Source of the DNA: Rhodospirillaceae bacterium
GTDB taxonomy: Bacteria; Pseudomonadota; Alphaproteobacteria; SP197
NCBI GenBank assembly: GCA_002722885.1
Contig: PBNE01000011.1
Span: 2,336 to 66,335, forward strand
DNA length: 64,000 bases
Direction of reading: 5' to 3'
Of the stretch, positions 56,286 through 64,000 are shown piece by piece; the first letter of the stretch is position 1; every line of letters starts with the position of its first letter. Both the position numbers and the translations under genes were made by a program. The notes beneath the pieces were generated by a model, which worked only from the letters and a program-made list of their open reading frames with translations, was not told the DNA's origin and made no database searches.

Positions 56286-56654
56286 ATGACCGATCGCTTC
56301 GTTGAGGCCGCTCCGGTCCTGCGTTCCGCCGATTATGAACACTCATGCACCTTCTATCGTAATCTCCTGGGGTTCACGATTCATGAGGAAGGCGGCGATC
56401 CGCCGCGTTTCGGGATCTACGTCCGCAATGGTGCCATCCTGTTTATCAACGCCTGGGACGGTGGACCGCCCGGTCATCCCGGCGGCTGGGAGGCCTATAT
56501 TCACGTCCACGAGATCGCGGACGTTTACGCGGAATGGGCGACAGCCGGCGTGCCGATCACAAGGCCTCTCACGGATACGGTCTATGGCATGAAGGAGTTT
56601 GAGATCACCAATCCCGACGGCAACGTGATCTGCTTCGGAGAATCGCAGGACTAG
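56286..56654 (+). CDS. VOC (glyoxalase/bleomycin-resistance) family protein
   Basis: 122 aa. FYRNLLGF...GMKEFEITNPDGNVICFG pattern. Confidence 0.85.
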   Translation: MTDRFVEAAPVLRSADYEHSCTFYRNLLGFTIHEEGGDPPRFGIYVRNGAILFINAWDGGPPGHPGGWEAYIHVHEIADVYAEWATAGVPITRPLTDTVYGMKEFEITNPDGNVICFGESQD

Positions 56655-57673
56655 TCGGCGCCGGCACCGCCTACGGTCTTGGCGTCAGCGGGGTCGGGGA
56701 AGGGGAAGTGGCAGCTCGCCCAGTGGCCTGGCGCGACCCCCTTGTGCTCCGGCGCCTCCGACAGGCATTTGGCCTGGGCGAAGGGGCAGCGGGTGTGGAA
56801 CTCGCAGCCTGACGGCCTGCGCATTAGCGAGGGGATCTCGCCTTCAAGCTCCAGCTTGTCGCGACGTTTATCGGGGTCCGGCTCCGGCACGGCGGCGAGC
56901 AGGCCCAGCGTGTAGGGATGAGCCGGTCTTTCGAAGATTTCCTCCGTTGTGCCGACCTCAACAAACCGTCCGAGGTACATGATCGCCAGCCGGTCACTAA
57001 CGTGACGCACCACAGGCAGGTTGTGGGTGATGATGAGGTAGCTGAGCCCCAGTTCGCGCTGCAGCCGGTTCATCAGGTTCAGAATTTCGCCCTGCACCGA
57101 GACATCAAGCCCCGCGGTGGGTTCGTCGGCGATGATAACCTTGGGCTCCAGCGCCAGGGCGCGGGCGACGCCGACACGGCGTGCCTGGCCACCGGAAAGC
57201 TGGTGCGGATAGGCGTTCAGGAAACCTTCGTGCAGGCCGACCAGCTTGAGCAGGCGGCGGGCCTCCTCGTCGAGGTTTTTGCCACTGATGCCGTGAATCT
57301 TCAAGGGTTCGGTGATGGAGTAGCGGACGGTCTTGCGCGGCGAGAGGCTGGCGACGGGATCCTGGAACATCATCGCAATCTCGCGGCGCACGTCCTTGTA
57401 TTGCGAGTCTTTGAGGCCGATCAGCTCTTTGCCCCCAAAGGTGATGCTGCCTTCCTGGGCCTTCACCAGACCGATGATCGCCCGACCAAGGGTGGTCTTG
57501 CCCGAACCGGATTCGCCCACCAGCCCGAAGGTCTCACCCTTGTTGAGCGAGAACGAGACCTTCATCACCGCATCGATGAACGGATCGTCGATCCGCTTGA
57601 TCAACTGCTGCACCAGCCCCGAGGTGCGGAACCGGACACGGACCTCGTCTGCTCTCAGAAGATCAGGCATCAC
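56651..57673 (-). CDS. peptide ABC transporter ATP-binding protein (DppF/OppF type)
   Basis: GESGSGKTT, LSGGQARR and IIADEPTAGLD motifs, plus a C-terminal Cys-rich oligopeptide-type extension. Confidence 0.9.
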   Translation of the reverse strand: MMPDLLRADEVRVRFRTSGLVQQLIKRIDDPFIDAVMKVSFSLNKGETFGLVGESGSGKTTLGRAIIGLVKAQEGSITFGGKELIGLKDSQYKDVRREIAMMFQDPVASLSPRKTVRYSITEPLKIHGISGKNLDEEARRLLKLVGLHEGFLNAYPHQLSGGQARRVGVARALALEPKVIIADEPTAGLDVSVQGEILNLMNRLQRELGLSYLIITHNLPVVRHVSDRLAIMYLGRFVEVGTTEEIFERPAHPYTLGLLAAVPEPDPDKRRDKLELEGEIPSLMRRPSGCEFHTRCPFAQAKCLSEAPEHKGVAPGHWASCHFPFPDPADAKTVGGAGAD

Positions 57674-58649
57674 GCACCTGGAAGCAGCGGGCGGAATGGA
57701 TGTCGTTCACATTGAAGGTGTCGGGCGGCGCTTTGTTGCAGGGTTCGTAGCGCTTGGGGCAACGTGGTGAGAAAATGCAGCCCGGTGGCAGATCGACCAG
57801 ATCCGGCACGCTGCCTGAAATCGTCGGCAGGTCGCGGCTAGTTTCGGCAATGCGCGCGGGGTCACACTCCAGCAGCATCTGTGTGTAGGGGTGCTGAGCG
57901 CGGTGGAAGAGGTCGTGGACTTTTCCCTGTTCAACGACTTCGCCGGCGTACATCACGATAACCTCGTCACAAAGCTCGGCGATCAGGCCGAGGTTGTGTG
58001 AGACGAACAGCATGGAGCACTCGAACTGTTCACGCAGTTCCTTCATCAGATGGATGATCTGGGCTTCCAGTGTCACATCCAGCGCGGTGGTCGGTTCGTC
58101 GGCGATCAACAGCGACGGGTTCATCATCAGCGCCATGGCGATGCAGATACGCTGGCGCATGCCGCCGGAGAACTGGTGCGGATAGTCGTCGAGGCGGCGC
58201 ACCGGATCGGGAATGCCGACCTGACCCAGCATTGCTGCGGCCCGCTCCCGCTTCTCCGCCATCGAACTGGGCTGGCGATAGAGGATATCGGTCATCTGCG
58301 TACCGATCGAGATAACGGGATTGAGCGCCGTCATGGGGTCCTGAAACACCATGGAAATCTTTTGGCCGCGCATGGCCTGCAGGTCCCGTTCGTTCATAGC
58401 GAGGACCTCACGGCCCTGGAAGGCTATGGACGAACTGTCACCGACCATGGAGTTGGCCGCCAGGAGGCGCAGCATGGAGTTGATCAGCGTCGATTTGCCG
58501 CAGCCCGATTCGCCCACGATGCCGACGATCTTGTTTTTCGGCACCATCAGGCTGACGTTGCGCAATGCCTGCACGGTGCCCCGCACAGTGCGGAAGCTGA
58601 CCGAGAGGTTCTTCACGTCGAGGACGTTGTCTGCGCCGTTCCCGTTCAT
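57663..58649 (-). CDS. peptide ABC transporter ATP-binding protein (DppD/OppD type)
   Basis: GESGCGKST, FSGGMRQR and LIADEPTTALD motifs. Overlaps the neighbouring genes. Confidence 0.9.
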   Translation of the reverse strand: MNGNGADNVLDVKNLSVSFRTVRGTVQALRNVSLMVPKNKIVGIVGESGCGKSTLINSMLRLLAANSMVGDSSSIAFQGREVLAMNERDLQAMRGQKISMVFQDPMTALNPVISIGTQMTDILYRQPSSMAEKRERAAAMLGQVGIPDPVRRLDDYPHQFSGGMRQRICIAMALMMNPSLLIADEPTTALDVTLEAQIIHLMKELREQFECSMLFVSHNLGLIAELCDEVIVMYAGEVVEQGKVHDLFHRAQHPYTQMLLECDPARIAETSRDLPTISGSVPDLVDLPPGCIFSPRCPKRYEPCNKAPPDTFNVNDIHSARCFQVRDA

Positions 58650-59563
58650 CGGTCTTTCTTCATTTTGGGATCAAGAACGTCCCGCAGTGCTTCTCCGAGG
58701 AAGGTAAAGCCGAGCGTTGTGATGATCAGTGGAATACCGCCTGCAATGACAATCCAGGGTGTGTTGCGAATGAATCCGTAACCGTCGTTCAGGATCGAAC
58801 CCCAGGACGGTGTCGGCGGCTTCACGCCCAGGCCCAGGAACGACAGGCCGGCCTCGATCGTGATGACGACCGGAATGTCCATGCTGCACAGGATTAGCAG
58901 CGGCTGCACGATGTTGGGCACCAGATGCGAAAACATGATACGCTTCAGGCCCGCGCCCAACGAGCGCTCGGCCATAATGAATTCTGTGCCCTTGGTCGAC
59001 ATCGTCGACGCTCGGGCGATACGGGCATAGCCGGGTGTCGTCACAACGACGACCACAAGGATGATGGTCTCGAGATCGGAGAGCGGAAAATCGGGGCTGG
59101 CGCGCACCACGGTGATCACCGCCAGTGCGAACATGATCACCGGGAAGGCGCGCACGGCGTCAAACACCCACATCAGCAGGTTGTCGAGCCAGCGCGGGCC
59201 GTAACCGGCCAGCATGCCCAGTACCAGACCGAGGAAAAGCGATACGCCGACCGACACCAGAGCAACATAGAGCGCGATACGGCCACCGTGCAGAATGCGG
59301 CTGAAGGTGTCGCGGCCCAGGTTGTCGGTGCCCAGCAGGTGTTCCCAGGTCGGTGGCGAGAACTTTGCCGGAATGTCGAGGGCCTTGTAGTCGTAAGGCG
59401 AAAGTAAATCGGCGCCCACGGCAGAGAAGACAACAAGGATGACCAGGATCAGGCCGAAGCAACCCAGGGGATCACGCAGAAGCTGCCAGAGCCAGGAGAA
59501 CCGAGGCTCGCGTTTGATCGGTGCGTTGGCATCTGCCGAGACGTTGGTCGTGGTGTCGGTCAT
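58646..59563 (-). CDS. peptide ABC transporter permease (DppC type)
   Basis: 305 aa, hydrophobic, with the EAA-type loop (AERSLGAGLKRIMFSHLVPN). Confidence 0.9.
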   Translation of the reverse strand: MTDTTTNVSADANAPIKREPRFSWLWQLLRDPLGCFGLILVILVVFSAVGADLLSPYDYKALDIPAKFSPPTWEHLLGTDNLGRDTFSRILHGGRIALYVALVSVGVSLFLGLVLGMLAGYGPRWLDNLLMWVFDAVRAFPVIMFALAVITVVRASPDFPLSDLETIILVVVVVTTPGYARIARASTMSTKGTEFIMAERSLGAGLKRIMFSHLVPNIVQPLLILCSMDIPVVITIEAGLSFLGLGVKPPTPSWGSILNDGYGFIRNTPWIVIAGGIPLIITTLGFTFLGEALRDVLDPKMKKDR

Positions 59564-59566
59564 GGC

Positions 59567-60511
59567 TCAGAGACCCTGCCGGATCCGAGGATCAAGCCAG
59601 GCGGCGATCAGATCGGAGATCAGGGTCGACAGTGCGAACAGCATGGTCGTGATCAGCACGCCGCCCATCACGATCGGGTAGTTCCGCGTGTTCACGGCAT
59701 CCACCACCATCTTGCCGATGCCGGGACGCGCAAAAATGATCTCGGCGAACACGGCGCCCGAAATCAGACTGCCGACGCCGACACCGAGCAGCGCCACGGT
59801 CGGAAGGATCGCGACCTTCAGGGCATAGATGTAGGTGATGCGCCGCTTGGGCAGACCGTAGGCCCGCGCCATGCGGATGTGGTTTTCACCCATAACCTCG
59901 AGCATCGAGGTGCGAACAAACCGCGCCAGGTAGCCTACCCAGCCCAGGCCAACGGCTATGCCCGGAAGCACCAGGTGCATGGCTTGATCGCCGAAATCGC
60001 CAGACTCGCCGGCGCCAATGGCAGGAAACCATTGCAGCTCCACGGCAAAGAGCAGGAGAAGGTAGAGGCCCACGATGAAAGAAGGAATGGCGATGCAGCC
60101 GACCGACAGCACGCCGGTCAGCTTGTCGAGCAGACTGTTGCGGTGCACAGCTGAGAAACAGCCAAGCGGAACGCCGATCAGGATCGACCAGCCCAACCCC
60201 ACAAAGGCCAGTGCCAGCGTGTGCGGCAGCTGTTCGCCAATCATCCAGCTGACGGGGCGTTTCGACCAGACGTCGGTTCCGAGATCGCCCGTGACCACGT
60301 TTCCTAGGAACTTCACATACTGAACGAAGAACGGCTGATCGAGGCCCATCAAGGTCTTGAACTCCGCGCGCATTTCCGGCGAAGCACGGGGGCCCAGCGC
60401 GATACCGGCGGGATCCCCGGGCACCAGGTGAATGGCCGAAAGCAGCATCAGCATCGCGAGACAGACGATGAGAACCGCAAGCCCCAGACGTTTGATGGTG
60501 TAAATCAGCAT
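59567..60511 (-). CDS. peptide ABC transporter permease (DppB type)
   Basis: 314 aa. MLIYTIKRLGLAVLIV start and the RMARAYGLPKRRITYIYALK loop. Confidence 0.9.
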   Translation of the reverse strand: MLIYTIKRLGLAVLIVCLAMLMLLSAIHLVPGDPAGIALGPRASPEMRAEFKTLMGLDQPFFVQYVKFLGNVVTGDLGTDVWSKRPVSWMIGEQLPHTLALAFVGLGWSILIGVPLGCFSAVHRNSLLDKLTGVLSVGCIAIPSFIVGLYLLLLFAVELQWFPAIGAGESGDFGDQAMHLVLPGIAVGLGWVGYLARFVRTSMLEVMGENHIRMARAYGLPKRRITYIYALKVAILPTVALLGVGVGSLISGAVFAEIIFARPGIGKMVVDAVNTRNYPIVMGGVLITTMLFALSTLISDLIAAWLDPRIRQGL

Positions 60512-60580
60512 CCCAGCGCAATCGGGCTATGGATCGCTGTGTATGTCAACCGCCTCAGGACCAAACTTCCCCGTAATTTG

Positions 60581-62617
60581 TCAGTTGAGATCACGTGGTT
60601 CGCAGTGGTCCCACGTCCGGGCAAAGACGCGGTGGGCACCTTCGAAGGCTTCGCAGTCGGCCCAGAAGAGCCAATCGTCTTTGGTTCCGGTCAGCGTGGA
60701 GCGCGTTTCGGTCCTGATGTCAAACCCGGTCGACGGCCGCTGAAAGCGGTAGGTCCAGTGCACAGTCATACGGGCCGAGGTCGGGTCTCCTTCGGTAATA
60801 TCGAAATGCTGCTCCATGCGGGAGCCGAAAACCCAGTCAATGGCGGGATCATGCACGAGGCCGCTGTCGTTGATCACGGTCATGCGGGTTTCGCCCGTAG
60901 TGTCGTCATGGCGGACCAGACGCTGGTAGTCACCGGGTTCCAGCGTCACGGTTTCGAAGGGCGCGGCACTCTCCGGCGGACCGAAGGGGTGCAACGCCGA
61001 GTCATCGTCGCGTGGCGTGCGCACCGGCAGGTCGAGTGTGCTTGAACCAGTAGACAGGATGACCGTGACAGGCTCCGGTGAGGGCCAGAACAGTGGCCAT
61101 AGTTGGTTGGAGAGCGAGACCCGCAGGCGGTGGCCTGCGGGGATTTGCTGGGCCATGTCGTTGATCTGCAGGCGCACGCGATAGTTCCGGCCCGGCTCCA
61201 GAGCTTCCGGGTGCTCGTGGCTGTCCCGATGGGTCAGGTTGAGCGCCCCGTAGCTGATGCGGGTCGAGGTGCCGTCGGGTGCAACATTGCACAGCCGTGC
61301 GATTAGGAAGGCGTTGGGCCGGTCGGCACTCACATCGAGGCTCAGGGCCGGCGCCCCCATCAGCTCCATGGCCTCTGCCATCGGTTCCGTTTCAAAGACA
61401 ACCGAACAGCCGTCGTCTTCACGCTGGTCGGCGGGGTGGTCGGGAACCAGACCATACTGGCACCATTCACCCTGCCGCTGTCCCATGGTCATGGGGCTGT
61501 GGATCGGAGCCTTGCCGGATTCGCCGGCCGTCGACGACAGGCTGCCGTCATTGTTGAGGCACAGGGTTTTCTGCTGAATGTTCGGCGAGGGCCAGCACGG
61601 CTCTGCGACCCAGCGGCCTAGGTGCTCTGAACGCCACAACGCCGGGGGCGCGCTGTCCTGCATCCAGACACGGTATTCCGGTTCATCCATGATCCCGGTG
61701 TCGATGTCCTTCAGCCAGTAATCCCACCAGCGCAGGGTTTCCTGCAGAAAGCCGATACGCGGGCCCGGCTCGGCAAAATGCGGGTACTTGTGCGCCCAGG
61801 GGCCGACCAGGCCCTTCTTGGGACAGGAGAGACCCGCCAGCATGCGGGGAATGGCGTTGGTGTAGCCATCGGCCCAGCCGCCGACCGCATAGACCGCCGC
61901 TTCGATGTCGGCATAGTTTTCGATGACGGAGCCGTGTTTCCATTGTGCATCGCGGCGCTGATGGCCGAGCCACTTGATCATCCAGGGGTCATTCGCGTCC
62001 AGACGCTGCAGCCAGAGCTCGCGCCAATTGTCGACCAACGCCGGATCGGGCGGACGGGTGTTCATGCCGAACATCGTCGAGCCCCACGACAAATTGTCGT
62101 TGATCATCACGCCGCCCATGTAGTGTATGTCGTCGCTGTAGCGGTCATCTGTCGATGCGATGGTCACGATCGCCTTGAGCTCCGGTGGGCGTCGCGCGGC
62201 GACCTGCAGCCCGTTAAAGCCGCCCCAGGAGATGCCGATCATGCCGCACTTGCCCGTACACCAGGGCTGTGACGCGATCCAGGCTAGGATTTCCAGGGCG
62301 TCGTCCTGTTCTGACTTCAGGTACTCGTCTTCCAGAATGCCGTCGGAATCGCCGGAACCGCGTATATCGACACGGACACAGGCATAACCGTTGCCGGCGT
62401 AGTAGGGGTGGACCAGCAGGTCACGGTCGGCCGTGCTGTCCCGCTTGCGATAGGGCAGGAACTCCAGGATGGCGGGGACAGGATCATCCTCGGCGTCGTC
62501 CGGCAACCAGATTCGTGCGGCGAGTTTCACGCCATCGGGCATCGTGATCCACGTGTTCTCGATTTCACGGGCCATACGTGGGTACTGAGTCACCACGTCG
62601 ATGTCATCGGCAGCCAT
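60581..62617 (-). CDS. CocE/NonD family hydrolase (X-Pro dipeptidyl-peptidase S15 fold)
   Basis: 678 aa. LEFLPYRKRD, GISWGG nucleophile motif, and a C-terminal beta-sandwich domain of the expected length. Confidence 0.88.
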   Translation of the reverse strand: MAADDIDVVTQYPRMAREIENTWITMPDGVKLAARIWLPDDAEDDPVPAILEFLPYRKRDSTADRDLLVHPYYAGNGYACVRVDIRGSGDSDGILEDEYLKSEQDDALEILAWIASQPWCTGKCGMIGISWGGFNGLQVAARRPPELKAIVTIASTDDRYSDDIHYMGGVMINDNLSWGSTMFGMNTRPPDPALVDNWRELWLQRLDANDPWMIKWLGHQRRDAQWKHGSVIENYADIEAAVYAVGGWADGYTNAIPRMLAGLSCPKKGLVGPWAHKYPHFAEPGPRIGFLQETLRWWDYWLKDIDTGIMDEPEYRVWMQDSAPPALWRSEHLGRWVAEPCWPSPNIQQKTLCLNNDGSLSSTAGESGKAPIHSPMTMGQRQGEWCQYGLVPDHPADQREDDGCSVVFETEPMAEAMELMGAPALSLDVSADRPNAFLIARLCNVAPDGTSTRISYGALNLTHRDSHEHPEALEPGRNYRVRLQINDMAQQIPAGHRLRVSLSNQLWPLFWPSPEPVTVILSTGSSTLDLPVRTPRDDDSALHPFGPPESAAPFETVTLEPGDYQRLVRHDDTTGETRMTVINDSGLVHDPAIDWVFGSRMEQHFDITEGDPTSARMTVHWTYRFQRPSTGFDIRTETRSTLTGTKDDWLFWADCEAFEGAHRVFARTWDHCEPRDLN

Positions 62618-62682
62618 GGTTGTCTCCCTCCAATGGGTTGCCCCACGCTATCGGTGCTCGGTTGCACGGACAACCTTGTGGG

Positions 62683-64000
62683 TCAGTGACCGCGTTCGCC
62701 GAACAGGAGCGTGATGTTGGTCCGGCGGTTCTGGAAGCCGTCAAGAAAGTTGAACCGGTCGGACATATGGAACAGATTCGAGTGGAAGAGGACGGCTCGG
62801 TTGGCGCGGTGCGGAATCGTGACGGCTTCAGCGTCTTCGAGAAAGTTGGCGATCCGCGCTTTCACGTCCGGTGCGTTCTTGCGCAGGTTGATGTTGTTCC
62901 AGTCCCAGTCCAGCGGCTGTTCCTTGGCGTAGACCACGAGGCCGCCGTGGTCGCTGTCGAGTTTGGCGTCGTCCTCGGTGATCCAGAAGTTGAAGGTCAC
63001 GGAGGCATCATCGGTATGCGCTTCCACGCCGGCGCCGCTGTTCCGATGTCGGTAGACCCACATGTTATGCAGGTGGCGCGATCCCAGAACCCTCAGGCAT
63101 GGCTCGCTGAAGCTCTTCGGCGATCTAGTAGAGCAGACTGCAGTGGAACCCGTCGGCCATCTAGGAGGTCACGTAGCCTGTCGCGTTATGCCCGAAGAAG
63201 ATCGTAGAATCGTGACAGTAGCGCCGCAGGTTGTTGAGCGCCTCCTGCGATAGGAACTCATCAATGACGGTGACCGAGGTCGGGCTCGCCTGATAGCCTT
63301 GTTCGATATCGCGATAGTCGTTGGCCCGTCCAATGGCATGGGAGCAGGCTATGGTGTCATTGATCGCAACGGCTCGTTCATGCAGTCCGGCCATGGAGTC
63401 GATGGCGGGCCTTCGAGGATATGAGGCAGTGTGGCGGCGAATCCTTCACTGTCATGATACGTCACCGCGCCATCCACCAAGGCTGCGGGCTCGTGCCAGG
63501 TGTGATCGAGGCGACCGACATCGACCATGTGTCGCAAATGTAGCGCGAGGTCGTCCAGCCGTGCGCGGCATGTTCTGAGCCGCGCCCATGAATTGACCAG
63601 TCACCGGCGTTGAAGGCCGACTGGTCGCGCCCAGTTCCTCGGTTCTTGCTGAACAGATCCCCAAAGGTCGCGCGGGCGGCTTCGTAGTCCTGAAGACCCA
63701 GCTGCGTGATTCCGATGTTGTTAATGGCTTTGTCGAACGAGGGGTCGCGCTGGAGCGCATTTTGATAGTGGCCAAGAGCTTGTGAAAATTGTCCTCCGGT
63801 TTCATCAATCGTGCCGGCCAGAAAATTGGTTTTCGCCGTTGCGCCGTCGCAGGCCAGCAGGGGCTCGAGGATCGTGCGTCCCTCGTCCCGTTCGCCGCGT
63901 GCACACAGCCGCCGCACCAGGTTGATCCGTGCGGGGATATGTCCGGGTTGGATTGTGAGGGCCTGGTTCAATGCCTGTTCGGAACCCTTGATGTCGGACT
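62683..64000 (-). pseudogene. TPR-repeat / 2OG-Fe(II)-oxygenase-like protein with multiple frameshifts and in-frame stops; 5' end outside the window
   Basis: TPR-like repeats (ORF 63462-63971) and a middle part in two other frames. TAGs at 63161-63163 and 63125-63127, and a frame change before HLHNMWVYRHRNSGAGVEAHTDDASVTFNFWIT...NRAVLFHSNLFHMSD (62683-63063). Confidence 0.6.

Noticed and set aside
1-64000. Reassignment of TAG (pyrrolysine or sense), or of TGA to Trp, as an explanation for the many in-frame stops. The methylamine-related genes nearby made this tempting.
   Set aside because: Intact genes in the window terminate normally on TAG (4341, 9940, 37832, 56652 and the minus-strand stops at 4340 and 56651) and on TGA. 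The interrupted genes also carry frameshifts and large deletions. TGA at 46360 aligns with Arg, not Trp. I see no MttB/MtbB/MtmB-type methyltransferase or pyl gene. Ordinary nonsense mutation of GC-rich codons explains the spectrum.
1-64000. CRISPR arrays, rRNA or tRNA genes, IS elements or transposases, toxin-antitoxin pairs, recognisable defence systems.
   Set aside because: I scanned intergenic regions and small ORFs by eye. I found no regularly spaced repeats, no transposase-like or nuclease/ATPase defence-type ORFs, and no conserved RNA motifs. This is absence of evidence from a manual scan, not proof of absence.

Overview
GC-rich chromosomal segment. My hand counts of single 60-nt lines give about 68% G+C in ettA. 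Gene content fits a heterotrophic, probably marine, alphaproteobacterium: DinB with an N-terminal zinc ribbon, EttA, RsgA, PyrC, TAXI-TRAP and Dpp-type transporters, and methylated-amine, compatible-solute and acyl-CoA catabolism. I support about 47 apparently intact CDSs and about 20 pseudogenes or gene stubs. I recognised no rRNA, tRNA, CRISPR array, IS element or transposase.

Five things stand out:
- Gene decay is pervasive. It takes three forms: in-frame nonsense codons (mostly TAG), frameshifts, and large internal deletions that weld fragments of one or two genes together.
- A visibly low-GC insertion at 19.3-21.1 kb carries an intact aldehyde dehydrogenase. It is flanked by a T7-like RNA polymerase stub and a truncated integrase.
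- A cluster at 38.2-44.5 kb combines a fused double EctC-like cupin (plus a decayed paralog), a GcvT-family aminomethyltransferase, a Rieske oxygenase and two DoeB/AstE-family deacylases. It may be an undescribed ectoine-like or methylated-solute catabolic route.
- A tandem-fused double acyl-CoA dehydrogenase lies at 27.4-29.7 kb.
- A DUF1611/dipeptide-epimerase pair sits next to a CocE/NonD hydrolase and an ABC importer that has no binding-protein gene.

All protein-family calls come from by-eye motif recognition and alignment to remembered reference sequences. No database search was run.
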